35,611 nt of DNA from a virus (IMGVR_UViG_3300037067_014938:81435-117045); one strand, 5' to 3'. Positions 10,735-20,663 are shown, numbered from the stretch's first letter. The notes: generated by a model not told the origin, from the sequence alone. Numbers and translations are program-made.

Positions 10735-11138
10735 TATGTCGTTTCCTTCACTAAGTGCAATTCGATATTGTACCTAATACTTCCACCGGATTCAACACTA
10801 ACTTTTAAATCCAATACTCTGACATAAATCCATGAAGTTGTTGTAGTTACACGATAATCGGCTGTTCCAAAATTCACATATTTTTTAGAATCGACGTATC
10901 CTTGTAGAGTAGACAACATTCCAGAAAATCCGGAAAAAGTTTTTGGTATCTTAGACCATCGTAAAACAATTAACCGATCATCAAAATATGATCTTTGCTT
11001 TACAAGTCCCCCATCAATCAACTCAAAAGTAGAATAATCTTGTGAATCATTTAATTCAATCATTGATGGATTTAAAATTAAATAATATGCTCCAGAATAT
11101 GAACTAGTTGTATTAAAAGCTATTCTTGTTAATGACAT
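10734..11138 (-). CDS. Putative distal tail (Dit-like) protein
   Basis: 134 aa, directly after the tape measure. Pattern LILNPSMI...TFELIDGG fits distal tail proteins. Mainly a positional call. Confidence 0.55.
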   Translation of the reverse strand: MSLTRIAFNTTSSYSGAYYLILNPSMIELNDSQDYSTFELIDGGLVKQRSYFDDRLIVLRWSKIPKTFSGFSGMLSTLQGYVDSKKYVNFGTADYRVTTTTSWIYVRVLDLKVSVESGGSIRYNIELHLVKETT

Positions 11139-11141
11139 AGT

Positions 11142-14100
11142 TTATCCCATAATCGAAGGTGAATGAGAATTTCTGTTATATAAATCATCCAGTTGTGCTG
11201 ATAACTCATCAATAACTCTTTTATTTCCGCTATTACCAGAAATAACAAAATGATTTGTTATATTAACACCACCACCAAAGCCTGTTCCAACCGGAAGTAC
11301 AAAACCAGATGGTGCATTTAAAATTTCTGGTGTTAATCTATCAACCAACTGGGCAGTATTTTGCTCAATACTTCTTAATTGTTCTAGTTGGGCATTCTCC
11401 GCGTCATCCAATTTTTTCCCACCAAACATACCACCAAATAACGAACCAACCATGCTTCCTATCATTGACCCGACATAAGACCCCGCAGGACCAACAGATG
11501 AGCCAACTAATGCTCCAACTGTAGTGCCTATTTCACCACCCATTTGAACTCCAGAAGAATCAACTCCACGAGATTTTGCAATGTTAAATCCCACCACACT
11601 ACCAAACATGGCCACCCCACGTCTTAACAACGCCGCCTGTAATTCAGAGGTACGTGCAGATTCTTCCGTTGATGAACTTATCTTCTCAAGATGCGGAAGC
11701 GTTTTATCCTCTTTTGTCTTGTTTAATTCATTATAAAAATCTTTACCCTCTTGTAATCGTTTTTCAAAACTATCTATTTGAAGTTCATCCGGGGAAGTTG
11801 TAAAACCCACATATGCAGGAACTTTTTTATTTGATACATCAGCCGCTGTTATTGCTTGTGCGACTGAATTAGCGGCCTGTTCGGCCGCTTGAGATATAGC
11901 TTCCGCAGCAGCCAATTGTTCCGGAGAAGCAAAAGCATATTCAATTGGTGAATTAGGAACTCCCGGAATAGGCGGGGTGGTGGGCGGCGATGACTTATCC
12001 ACGGCACCAGCGTATATGTTTGCCGCTTGAACCATTTTGTCACTCGCTTGATCCATTATAGAAGAAGCACTATTAGTTTTATCCGCCGTCTTATCTAAAG
12101 AAACTCCAGCATCAGTTAAAAGCCCTGAAATTTTTTCAGTAGTCTTTGCAGATTCACCTTGGAGTTTTTGTAACGCTGAAATAATGGCAGCAGGTAATTT
12201 TTCTATCACCGTCTGAACCATTGAAGCACCATCTATTATAGATGCTTTAATAAGATTTGCGGTTAATGTTCCGCTTGCTACAATTGGTTCCTGCATTGCT
12301 TGATCAAATTGTGGAGACTGTGAAGCTTTAATTAAAGCATTTTCTAAATTTTTGGACTCCTGACTATTAAGATCAAATGCCGGTTTAAAAATTTCAGAAG
12401 CTTTCTTTGCAATAACTTCAGCATCAATGTTAGCTATTGCATCCGACACACCTTTAGCTCCCTGTCTAAGAAATTCAAAAAGACTTCCTCTAGTTTCTAA
12501 AATATCAAAAAAGTTATCTTCATCTGATAAGAGTTTATTAAAACTGGTTCGTACAGAATCCACACCACTCTGTACTTTTTCATAATTCTTACTTAGCCTT
12601 TCTGATAAACTTTCAGCCTTCCTTAAAATAGAATCAGATTCATATTCTAATTTTAACTGCTGCTCTTTAGTCTTTAAAATAGCTTCTTCAGTACCCTCAT
12701 ATGCAGCTTGACCTCTTAAAACAGCTAATTGTATCCTATAAATCTTATCATAAAGCTTTTCATTTTCTTGTAACGCAAGACTAGGTTTATTAGCAAATTT
12801 AATTTTATTAAAATCTATTAATTTAGTTAACAAATCTTCGCTGAGTTTGCCTTCAGCTACAAGAACTTGGCTTCTTTGTTTTTCTGCCTCAATTACCTCT
12901 ATAGCAGCTAATTTCAAAGATTGCAATACTAACGATTGTTTTTCTATCAATTCAAGATTTAACTTTTGAGCTTCTTTTAATAAACTAGTTTTTGTAAGTA
13001 ATCTGTCTATATCTTGTTGTCTTTTTCCGGCAATATTTGGATCAGACTCCACAATCCCCCGCTCTTGTAAAATCTTCTGTGTTTGTTGTAAACCAGCCAA
13101 TTCAATTTCAGCATCAGAAATCATTCTTTGAGTTTCAAGTAATTTTTGACTCAACGAACCAAGAGATGTTTCTGCAAATTTACTCAATTCAGCAGCTAAA
13201 TTAAAAGATGCACCGATCTTTTGAGATACTTTATCTATGGTGTATAAAAGATTTATTTGTTTTTGAAACCCAGCAAATAAAGAAGAAGTAGTTTGTTTTA
13301 ATCCAGTAGTAAACGCAGTATCATTAAATTCAATAGCAAAAACTCCGGCTGCTGATAATGTCTTAATTAAAGAATTAAGCACATCTTTATTTTTATTCAT
13401 TGCTTCAATTGATTTAATAATATCCGCTTCCTGCATTCCATAGGCTTGTCCAACTTCTCTGATAACTTTAGGGATCGCCTCTTGAATTTTTAAAGCTGCC
13501 CTTGCACGACCTATTTGAGTATCATAAAGTAAACCACTCTCCGCAATTTTATTTACATCTTTAACTGCTTTTCCAAATAAATTTTCCACTCCTATAAAAT
13601 TAATAATTTGCTTAGCAGCATTCTCAGCAATACCAGTTATACTATCCTCAATAGATTTCGCTACAGCTTCAAAACCGGGAAGTGCTTTACCGGAAGAATC
13701 TGAAACTGCATCAAGTTGTGTTTGATACAATATTAAGTTCTGTACGGCATAATTTAAAGAATCAGAAAGTATATCAGCATTTTTTGCAAGTTCACTTATT
13801 GCAGCGGCCTTTATTTGTTGAAATCCAAATTTGCTTTCAACTGGACTGAGTCCACCAAATATATTTTTCTTTGCAGTTAACTTAACAGCATATTTATCTA
13901 TAACACCAAATTGATCTGCCAAATTTAATAATGCTTTACGACTGTCCGCCCCATTAAATTCTAGTGCTCTTGCAAAGTCATTAAATTTTGGAACAATCGA
14001 GGTAATGCTTGTTTCAATTGCATCAAAATAAGGTTTCATTATAGATTGTTTTAATTTTTCTTGAACAGAATCTAAATTATCTCGAAGTTTAATTAAATCA

Positions 14101-15881
14101 TCTTGAATAACGTTTGTCCCTAATTTACCTAAAAATAACTTAGAATAAGCATCCACCATTTTTGAAACAGATATAGCAGAATCGGCATTCACATGTCCCA
14201 AGTTCTTAGTAGTGAGAACTATCGCTTTTAATTTTTGTTCAACATTCCCTTTTGCAATACTTGCAAAGTCCATTTCGGAAAGACTTTGTTGAAATTTTTT
14301 GAATTCCTCTACACCTTCCGCAACAATTAAGTTATGCCGTCTTTGTTCTCTTGTAGCCCGTTCCCAAATTACTGATACTAAAGCAAGAACTCCTAAAAAT
14401 GCCGCAACACCCATTACATATTTACCTATCATCGGAGTTACTTTTTTGTACGTTTTTTCTCCATCAGTAACTACTTCAATATGCCTTTTCCAATTTTTAC
14501 TTGCTATTACAACCCCGTCACTTTCCTTTACTAATTCCAATGTGGTTTTAGGAAGTAATTTAGATAATCCAAAATATGCCCCGCCGACCAATCCAATAGT
14601 AGAAAGAAATCCGGCTATCCCAGCACCAGTTTCACCCATAGCACCAACAAAACTACCAAAGGCAACCTTCATTGAAGTGATAGCACCAACTACTCCATTA
14701 GAATCCTGCATGGCACCCATAGCAAAAGTTTTTAATTGATTTTCTGCGATTGCTATTTGTTTAGAAAATGTCATTAATTCAATTTGATTAGCTCTAAATG
14801 CGTCACCAGATGCACCTTGAGATTTAACTAAAGCCTCCTGATAACGACTATAGTTAGACAACAAGGCGATAAGTTTTGGATATTGTCTACTCTGAGCAAG
14901 TACAATAGCAGTATTCTGTTGTTCGGCTTGTGATAAATCTTTCCATTTAGAACCTAAATCACCCATGATATCTCTCAATGGGCGAAACTTTCCTGCCGAC
15001 TCAAAAACAGTAACTCCAACTTTCTGAAGGGCAGAAATACCTTCAGCTGACGCAAATCTTGAAAACACTCTCTTTAATGCATTGGCTGCTTCTTTACCGG
15101 AAATTCTTGCAACTTCACCTAACGTCGCTATATTAGCAAATAAGTCATCTATATCTCCACCAAATACAGTAATAGCAGGACCAATAGCCTGAATAGATTC
15201 AATAAGATCTTTAGCAGACACAGCATAGTCTGCCTGTATTCTCATGACCTTATCAATAACTTTACCCATATCACTAAAACCAATATTAAAAATACGGTTA
15301 GCACCAAGTAAAGCATTGAAGGTTTGTTCAGTATCTGCCCCGGTAGTATTCATAGCTAACAATGAATTTCGTGTAGCATCCACTACTTCTTTGGCCTTCA
15401 AACCTGCTTGCCCATACAACGTCATGACTTTCAAAACATCTTGTGGAGTCTGGCCAAAATCTATTGAAAACTTCATTGCAGATGTTTTTAACCAATCAAA
15501 ATCAGTCTCCGTTGGCATCACTTTTTTAAGCTCAGCCATTGCACGATTAACTTCTAAGATTAAATCATAAAATTCTCTAACATTTTGAATAGCTCCAAAG
15601 ATAACCGCCGATGCCGATCCCCATACAAACACACGTCTAGCCACATCACCAAGGGCATTAGACACTTTAGTAGTCTGTACAAGATATTTTTTAACACTTG
15701 TGTCGTCTATTTTGGGAATAACCGGAGTTGGAACAATAGGAGAAGGCAAAGTTATAGCAGTAGCGGCAGTTGGTTTAAATGCGGCCAATTTTGTATTTAT
15801 TTGTTTTAAACCTTCATTGATACCAGAAAGGTCTAATTGGGTAGTTATAATAAAAGGGCTTGAGGCAGCAGTATCAGCCAT
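11142..15881 (-). CDS. Tape measure protein (TP901-like core), 1579 aa
   Basis: Long helical Ala/Leu/Lys-rich protein after the tail chaperone. TP901-type core (VNRAMAELKKV; ISGKEAANALKRVFSR; FRPLRDIMGDLGSKWKDLS) and glycine-rich hydrophobic segments. Confidence 0.93.
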   Translation of the reverse strand: MADTAASSPFIITTQLDLSGINEGLKQINTKLAAFKPTAATAITLPSPIVPTPVIPKIDDTSVKKYLVQTTKVSNALGDVARRVFVWGSASAVIFGAIQNVREFYDLILEVNRAMAELKKVMPTETDFDWLKTSAMKFSIDFGQTPQDVLKVMTLYGQAGLKAKEVVDATRNSLLAMNTTGADTEQTFNALLGANRIFNIGFSDMGKVIDKVMRIQADYAVSAKDLIESIQAIGPAITVFGGDIDDLFANIATLGEVARISGKEAANALKRVFSRFASAEGISALQKVGVTVFESAGKFRPLRDIMGDLGSKWKDLSQAEQQNTAIVLAQSRQYPKLIALLSNYSRYQEALVKSQGASGDAFRANQIELMTFSKQIAIAENQLKTFAMGAMQDSNGVVGAITSMKVAFGSFVGAMGETGAGIAGFLSTIGLVGGAYFGLSKLLPKTTLELVKESDGVVIASKNWKRHIEVVTDGEKTYKKVTPMIGKYVMGVAAFLGVLALVSVIWERATREQRRHNLIVAEGVEEFKKFQQSLSEMDFASIAKGNVEQKLKAIVLTTKNLGHVNADSAISVSKMVDAYSKLFLGKLGTNVIQDDLIKLRDNLDSVQEKLKQSIMKPYFDAIETSITSIVPKFNDFARALEFNGADSRKALLNLADQFGVIDKYAVKLTAKKNIFGGLSPVESKFGFQQIKAAAISELAKNADILSDSLNYAVQNLILYQTQLDAVSDSSGKALPGFEAVAKSIEDSITGIAENAAKQIINFIGVENLFGKAVKDVNKIAESGLLYDTQIGRARAALKIQEAIPKVIREVGQAYGMQEADIIKSIEAMNKNKDVLNSLIKTLSAAGVFAIEFNDTAFTTGLKQTTSSLFAGFQKQINLLYTIDKVSQKIGASFNLAAELSKFAETSLGSLSQKLLETQRMISDAEIELAGLQQTQKILQERGIVESDPNIAGKRQQDIDRLLTKTSLLKEAQKLNLELIEKQSLVLQSLKLAAIEVIEAEKQRSQVLVAEGKLSEDLLTKLIDFNKIKFANKPSLALQENEKLYDKIYRIQLAVLRGQAAYEGTEEAILKTKEQQLKLEYESDSILRKAESLSERLSKNYEKVQSGVDSVRTSFNKLLSDEDNFFDILETRGSLFEFLRQGAKGVSDAIANIDAEVIAKKASEIFKPAFDLNSQESKNLENALIKASQSPQFDQAMQEPIVASGTLTANLIKASIIDGASMVQTVIEKLPAAIISALQKLQGESAKTTEKISGLLTDAGVSLDKTADKTNSASSIMDQASDKMVQAANIYAGAVDKSSPPTTPPIPGVPNSPIEYAFASPEQLAAAEAISQAAEQAANSVAQAITAADVSNKKVPAYVGFTTSPDELQIDSFEKRLQEGKDFYNELNKTKEDKTLPHLEKISSSTEESARTSELQAALLRRGVAMFGSVVGFNIAKSRGVDSSGVQMGGEIGTTVGALVGSSVGPAGSYVGSMIGSMVGSLFGGMFGGKKLDDAENAQLEQLRSIEQNTAQLVDRLTPEILNAPSGFVLPVGTGFGGGVNITNHFVISGNSGNKRVIDELSAQLDDLYNRNSHSPSIMG

Positions 15882-15885
15882 TGGA

Positions 15886-16224
15886 TTATCCTATTGAGAA
15901 AGATTTATGAGGACCTTGTTTCTTGCCCGAAGAAGATGTTTGTTTTTTTCGTTCATGCATCTCTTCTTTTATTTTTTTCTTCCATTGTTCCAAATATTCA
16001 TCGAGTTCATCATCATCATTTATGATATCGTCTTCTGGAATCTCCGGACCTTTTCCGGATAGCATCCAATCATAAAAACGTAGCCACATCAAAAGAATTA
16101 ATTGGGGATTTGTGAGATCAATAGATGCCCTATTTGATCCATCATGAAATAAAAATAAAGAAGAATTAGAGGATAAAGAATATCTATACTTTAAGAGGAT
16201 ATCTGATCTGCGGGCGACTCGCCG
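15886..16224 (-). CDS. -1 frame C-terminal extension of the tail assembly chaperone (gpGT-like)
   Basis: The -1 frame is open without a stop from the slippery site at 16224 to 15886 (RRVARRSDILLKY...LMWLRFYDW...SFSIG, 112 aa). The 68-aa track ORF at 15886..16092 is its tail. Confidence 0.85.
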   Translation of the reverse strand, partial: RRVARRSDILLKYRYSLSSNSSLFLFHDGSNRASIDLTNPQLILLMWLRFYDWMLSGKGPEIPEDDIINDDDELDEYLEQWKKKIKEEMHERKKQTSSSGKKQGPHKSFSIG

Positions 16225-17012
16225 AAAAAACTTACGTCGAATCCCCTTAAGAATAGATTGAATAAAGCCAGAATTTTTGTGGCGGCAAAACCATCCTCTA
16301 ATAGTTCCTTTTCAGAATTCCATAAGGGAACAAGAGAATGTTTGTTGTTGTATTTTTTTATACAACCTGGAGCTAAAATTTTTATTCGTTCAGTAATTAA
16401 CTGCTCTTCTAATGAATCAGAAAATAATCTTGCTCTCAAAGAAGCAAGTTCCATGTGCCGTGCTTTTGTAGTCATCAGTTGATTATATATTTCTCTGGCT
16501 CTTTGTTCAAGAGAATCTCTCTTTTTTTGTAATTCAGCAAGAGTAGTTTCATAGTTATCTGAATCTTTTGGTAGTTGTAAAATTTCTTCTTCTTGTTTCT
16601 GGAACATTTCCCGTGTAACAGAAAAATTTTCATTAAGTTTTTTTAACTTTTCAGGAAGTTCATCTCGATATTCTCTTTCTTGAGATTCCGGCCAATCACC
16701 ACTACCAATTTTTACTTGTTTACCATCGACATCAATCATTAATGGTTGATTGTATATTGCGAGATATTGGCGATCCGTTAAATATAGATTTTCTCGTAAT
16801 GCTTTTGCTCTGAACTGAGCGGATGTCTTATCCGCTTTCAAAGATAATTCAACTCCGGGATAAATAAAAACAATTGGCCCATATTCTTCAGTATTTATTG
16901 TTTGGCTACCTGTTAATACCGATTGTAGTTTAGCATTATCTTCGGATTCAATTATAGCCTTTTCAGTATCCTTGTCAATAGACAATGCATCTTTTAATTC
17001 TTTCTCTGCCAT
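16191..17012 (-). CDS. Tail assembly chaperone (gpG-like), 273 aa
   Basis: Lies between tail tube and tape measure, acidic and coiled-coil, and ends in a frameshift site. Confidence 0.8.
   Translation of the reverse strand: MAEKELKDALSIDKDTEKAIIESEDNAKLQSVLTGSQTINTEEYGPIVFIYPGVELSLKADKTSAQFRAKALRENLYLTDRQYLAIYNQPLMIDVDGKQVKIGSGDWPESQEREYRDELPEKLKKLNENFSVTREMFQKQEEEILQLPKDSDNYETTLAELQKKRDSLEQRAREIYNQLMTTKARHMELASLRARLFSDSLEEQLITERIKILAPGCIKKYNNKHSLVPLWNSEKELLEDGFAATKILALFNLFLRGFDVSFFGESPADQISS
16224..16230 (-). other. Programmed -1 ribosomal frameshift heptamer T TTT TTC
   Basis: X XXY YYZ heptamer in the correct phase (agT TTT TTC ggc), 10 codons before the chaperone stop, with the -1 frame open downstream. 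Confidence 0.85.
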
Positions 17013-17031
17013 ACCATTTTCCCTTTAAAAG

Positions 17032-17103
17032 CTCCCCCAGTAGGATTCGAACCTACATTCAATCGGTTAACAGCCGATTGCTGGACCATTCAGCTATAGG
17101 GGA
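17032..17103 (-). tRNA. tRNA-Asn (GTT), CCA not encoded
   Basis: Full cloverleaf: acceptor TCCCCTA/TGGGGGA, D-stem GCTG/CAGC, anticodon stem ATCGG/CCGAT with loop CTGTTAA, T-arm GTAGG-TTCGAAT-CCTAC, discriminator G. U1-A72 and G73 fit bacterial tRNA-Asn. Confidence 0.95.
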
Positions 17104-17115
17104 ATTGTTTGAATT

Positions 17116-17245
17116 TGGATGGCCCAGAAATTGGGCCATCCATACTAATAATCTGATCATTTTTGTAATCCCTAATCGGGAATTAGTTACATCCCGACGT
17201 ATTACAAAAGCCCGATTGGGCATGAGTAGGTATTAAACCCACTCA
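17116..17245 (-). ncRNA. Putative structured RNA in the tube-tRNA spacer (three hairpin elements)
   Basis: Perfect 11-bp stem 17116-17142; alternative pairings within 17161-17220; 8-bp stem 17223-17245 whose single non-Watson-Crick pair is G-U only on the minus strand. Confidence 0.45.
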
Positions 17246-17252
17246 ATGTATG

Positions 17253-18818
17253 TTACGCGTATACCGGAGGCAAACCGCTACCAACTATACTCAACGCCTG
17301 AGTTGAGAAATTAAGTTCAAGTCCACCTGCACCAGTAATTGGCGTTGTGCTATTATCACCAATAAAGTTACAACCGGTAAATGTTTGAGTCTTTAATAGA
17401 GTTGTAGTACCGTGGGTTGTTTGAGAACTATAAAACTTAAGAATTATAGTCATATCCTTCACTGCCTTTAAGTCAGACATTAAAATTTCTTTTAGCGTCC
17501 CAGCATCAAAAGCAGTATCAGAACCCAGTAATTGTGCAAATTCCCTCAAATCATTTCTGTTAAATGAGAGTGTAATTTCATTACGAAGATTGCCCTCAAG
17601 AGGTTTTGCAACCGATCTTGATTCACCAAACTCATCAATTGACTCTCTCGTCAAAGGAACATTAATACTAACGTTAGTACAACGTTGAAGTTTAGACGCC
17701 GTATCAGAAGCGTGTTGGAACTCAACTCTGATATAGCCCTTTGACAATTTACCAATACCACTATCAATATTTGTCAATCCTCGGAAGCCCGTCTTATGGC
17801 CAGTACCATTATAGAAATAATAAACTAATGGCGTAGTAGAATCAATACCAAGAGCTGGACCAATATACGCTTTGATAGTATAACCATGTGATGTATGATT
17901 ACTATGTATAATTGTTCCACCGGCAGTTCCAGTCCATTTGACTAAGTTTGATCCAGCATAAACAGCATAAGGTGAACCAAAACAGGCATTACTATTAATT
18001 GGAACTCTAAAAGTCAATGAACCAGTTGTAGAATTATAGCTCATAAAAGAACCAGTAATAGAATTAGTTTCTCTCCAATCACCCAAAAGCAGCCGCTCTT
18101 CTTCACCAACCAAAGTATAGTTTTGACTACATTCACCACCAACGTCAAAATTATAGGTTAAGTTATCCACGTAACAACGAGGTAGTATAATACTATACAT
18201 AATAGTAGTAGCGACAGTATCATATCTATGAGGAAGTATAACATGAACTGGATTAGAATCAACGGTAGTCTGTGTAATAGTATATTTATTTACCAATGAA
18301 ACAATATCTGCCGTAGCTGGAGCAGCAGTTAATTTATTTGCAGTTACTAATCTAAGTCTATGCACATTAGCAGTTTTACCACATTTAATCTTTGTACTTA
18401 CTGTAGAACTTCCCTGAACTTTACAATACTCAGTATCGTTTGTCGTGGCAAAACTACGTATACGAATAACCTGGACCCAGTCATTCGTCGCAATACTATC
18501 TTTTCCACCATTAACTCCGCTAATACCTAAGTAGATTGTAGCTGCTGTATTACCCTTCGTTCCAACGATATTTCTACTAATATAAGTACCAAACATCATT
18601 GCTTCCAAGTCAGTTGTGCCCCATTCGTTGCTATTAACTGTCACATTGGTTTCAACTAACGTAACTGTATCTTCTACTAATCCAGCATTACCCATTTCGA
18701 AGACACTATCAATAGTATAGTTAGAATTCCAATCAAATGTTTGAATTCTTCGTGTAGGAACTCCATTTATATATGCAGCAACTTGTTTTGCTTGCACGCG
18801 TGTCGGTTTTACGGACAT
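17253..18818 (-). CDS. Major tail (tube) protein with inserted domains, 521 aa
   Basis: Follows the putative tail terminator. Strong RBS GAAAGGAG. Tube-like motifs RIQTFDWN...VFEMG and RCTNVSINVPLTRESIDEFG...NEITLSF. Confidence 0.8.
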   Translation of the reverse strand: MSVKPTRVQAKQVAAYINGVPTRRIQTFDWNSNYTIDSVFEMGNAGLVEDTVTLVETNVTVNSNEWGTTDLEAMMFGTYISRNIVGTKGNTAATIYLGISGVNGGKDSIATNDWVQVIRIRSFATTNDTEYCKVQGSSTVSTKIKCGKTANVHRLRLVTANKLTAAPATADIVSLVNKYTITQTTVDSNPVHVILPHRYDTVATTIMYSIILPRCYVDNLTYNFDVGGECSQNYTLVGEEERLLLGDWRETNSITGSFMSYNSTTGSLTFRVPINSNACFGSPYAVYAGSNLVKWTGTAGGTIIHSNHTSHGYTIKAYIGPALGIDSTTPLVYYFYNGTGHKTGFRGLTNIDSGIGKLSKGYIRVEFQHASDTASKLQRCTNVSINVPLTRESIDEFGESRSVAKPLEGNLRNEITLSFNRNDLREFAQLLGSDTAFDAGTLKEILMSDLKAVKDMTIILKFYSSQTTHGTTTLLKTQTFTGCNFIGDNSTTPITGAGGLELNFSTQALSIVGSGLPPVYA

Positions 18819-18850
18819 TTTAAATCTCCTTTTCTATGTAAATTTTATAT

Positions 18851-19351
18851 TTATTCAACTGGAACCTCCATAGTTGCATGTATGGTGCATACATATTTCT
18901 CAGTTGGTATACTTGATGACGGATTAGAAATGTCATTCAATATTATATTTGATAAAACCCCAGTAGACAATTCCTCTTTACGCTGTGAATTGTAATTATA
19001 AATTTTAAACGCCAAATCATTACATTCTCTTCTGATAACATTTCCTAACGTCAATAATTCTATTGCATTTGATGCAATAACATATATGGCAATTGAAACT
19101 GTGTCATATCCGTCAGTACTACCTAATTCAAAAACTGAGTTACGTATAGTCCCAGTATCCAATATTACAACCGGAAGAGCCAACTGTGAGTTTGTTATTT
19201 TAACAAGCACGATCTCCAAATTTTCATATTGAAGATCATTAGCCATGACAATGTTATATTTATTTCTCCAACCATTATTATCTAAATAAGTTTTAAAATA
19301 ACTTTTTAATGAAAGCAAGGCCAATACTATATTATCTACTGTAGTTGACAT
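18851..19351 (-). CDS. Putative tail terminator/completion protein
   Basis: 166 aa directly before the tube. Pattern LPVVILD...DTVSIAIYVIA...LGNVIR. Confidence 0.6.
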   Translation of the reverse strand: MSTTVDNIVLALLSLKSYFKTYLDNNGWRNKYNIVMANDLQYENLEIVLVKITNSQLALPVVILDTGTIRNSVFELGSTDGYDTVSIAIYVIASNAIELLTLGNVIRRECNDLAFKIYNYNSQRKEELSTGVLSNIILNDISNPSSSIPTEKYVCTIHATMEVPVE

Positions 19352-19354
19352 TTA

Positions 19355-20011
19355 TTACTCATTTAAGAAATTTTGTAATTTTACACTTACTGCTTTTTGA
19401 AACATATTTATTACTTCATATCTTGCTTTTTCTATATACAGTCTTCCTTTTTGGCCCGGATGATTAATTGCAAGATTAAAAGGTGCTTTTCCTACCATTG
19501 CTACTTTACCTTTATAATATCCACTGGAATATTTTTCAGATTTTCCCACAAAGTATATGTTATTACGTTTCCACCAAAAGATCATAGGAACTTCAGGGTC
19601 TCTGGCTCTTAACTCCGAAAAAGGATCAACGCCAAATTGTAAAATTCTCCATAAGCGTATATTATTATTCTTAGGTTTTCTTTTTAAAATTCTTTTTATT
19701 GGATCTAATTGGTCCATCCTGGTTATTCTACCAATCCCGCAGGTTATAATATAACCACCTTTTCTTCTTGAAACTTCCGCTTTAATATTTTCAGCGATTA
19801 GTTTAACTAAAATATTATGTGGTTCAGTCGCTGATGGGTCTCTCATAGAATACTTATCATCTAATAAGGTATCTTGTGTAACAATTTCCATAGTCCTTGA
19901 TACTGCATTAATAGTATTGTCAATTGAACCGGGTTTTGCTATTTTAGCAATTTTACTATTAATGTATCTTGTAACTAAATCAACCCTAGTCCCAAACTGT
20001 ATATTAGCCAT
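19355..20011 (-). CDS. Putative tail completion/neck protein (HK97 gp10-like position)
   Basis: Basic 218-aa protein with WRILQFG and NHPGQKGRLYIEKA motifs, between closure and terminator genes. Confidence 0.55.
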   Translation of the reverse strand: MANIQFGTRVDLVTRYINSKIAKIAKPGSIDNTINAVSRTMEIVTQDTLLDDKYSMRDPSATEPHNILVKLIAENIKAEVSRRKGGYIITCGIGRITRMDQLDPIKRILKRKPKNNNIRLWRILQFGVDPFSELRARDPEVPMIFWWKRNNIYFVGKSEKYSSGYYKGKVAMVGKAPFNLAINHPGQKGRLYIEKARYEVINMFQKAVSVKLQNFLNE

Positions 20012-20189
20012 CGTTTTTCTTTAAATTACGACTGTAATTTCCAACTATGTCTAAAATATTTTTTCTTATTCTAGAATAAGAATCTTCTAATTCTTGTCTT
20101 AATTCCGGATGTTTTTTATATAAAACTTCAAATTCAGTTTCAATATTACTTAATACTTGTCTATTCAATGCCTTAATCTGTATATCCAT
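20004..20189 (-). CDS. Small hypothetical helical protein, 61 aa
   Basis: Co-oriented, GAGGT upstream, overlaps the next start. Confidence 0.6.
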   Translation of the reverse strand: MDIQIKALNRQVLSNIETEFEVLYKKHPELRQELEDSYSRIRKNILDIVGNYSRNLKKNDG

Positions 20190-20663
20190 TTAAACCTCAC
20201 TATCTTTCACCAAAAAAAGATATGCTATTTCATTATTTCCAGAAGTATCAAATGTTTTTGATTTTAATTTAAACCGTTTAGATCCAAATTGAACATAATC
20301 CAAATAATTCAAACAAGTCTCATCACCACTAATTTTTATATCTTGTTTTTTACAAGCTAACCAAATGTCAAATGGTTGAAATTTAGCAATCAAAGAATCT
20401 TTAATGCTGTTTGATTCATATCTATTTAAAGTTCTTTCTATAATATAAACAGTTATATGCAAAGATGCTGGTAAATCTTTTCTATAATCTTTTTGAATTA
20501 CTGCATTTTGTCGTCCATCTAGAGAACCCGACATTTCTTGTGCCGTTGAATTGTGCCAAACTGGAGTGCCTATTAAAAATAATGTTGCGGTAGACGCATA
20601 ACAACTACTCAATAATTCTTTATTAACTTCATCAACAAGACTTTTGATATATTTAAAATCCAT
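20190..20663 (-). CDS. Putative head closure (stopper) protein
   Basis: Position after the adaptor. Beta-rich C-terminus (LDYVQFGSKRFKLK...AYLFL). Confidence 0.5.
   Translation of the reverse strand: MDFKYIKSLVDEVNKELLSSCYASTATLFLIGTPVWHNSTAQEMSGSLDGRQNAVIQKDYRKDLPASLHITVYIIERTLNRYESNSIKDSLIAKFQPFDIWLACKKQDIKISGDETCLNYLDYVQFGSKRFKLKSKTFDTSGNNEIAYLFLVKDSEV

Noticed and set aside
14299-15897. Several short plus-strand ORFs opposite the tape measure gene (and similar ones opposite other long genes)
   Set aside because: Typical antisense shadows of long coding regions with no independent support.
16985-17236. 83-aa minus-strand ORF in the track
   Set aside because: It runs through the tRNA and the hairpins and into the chaperone gene out of frame, so it is most likely spurious.
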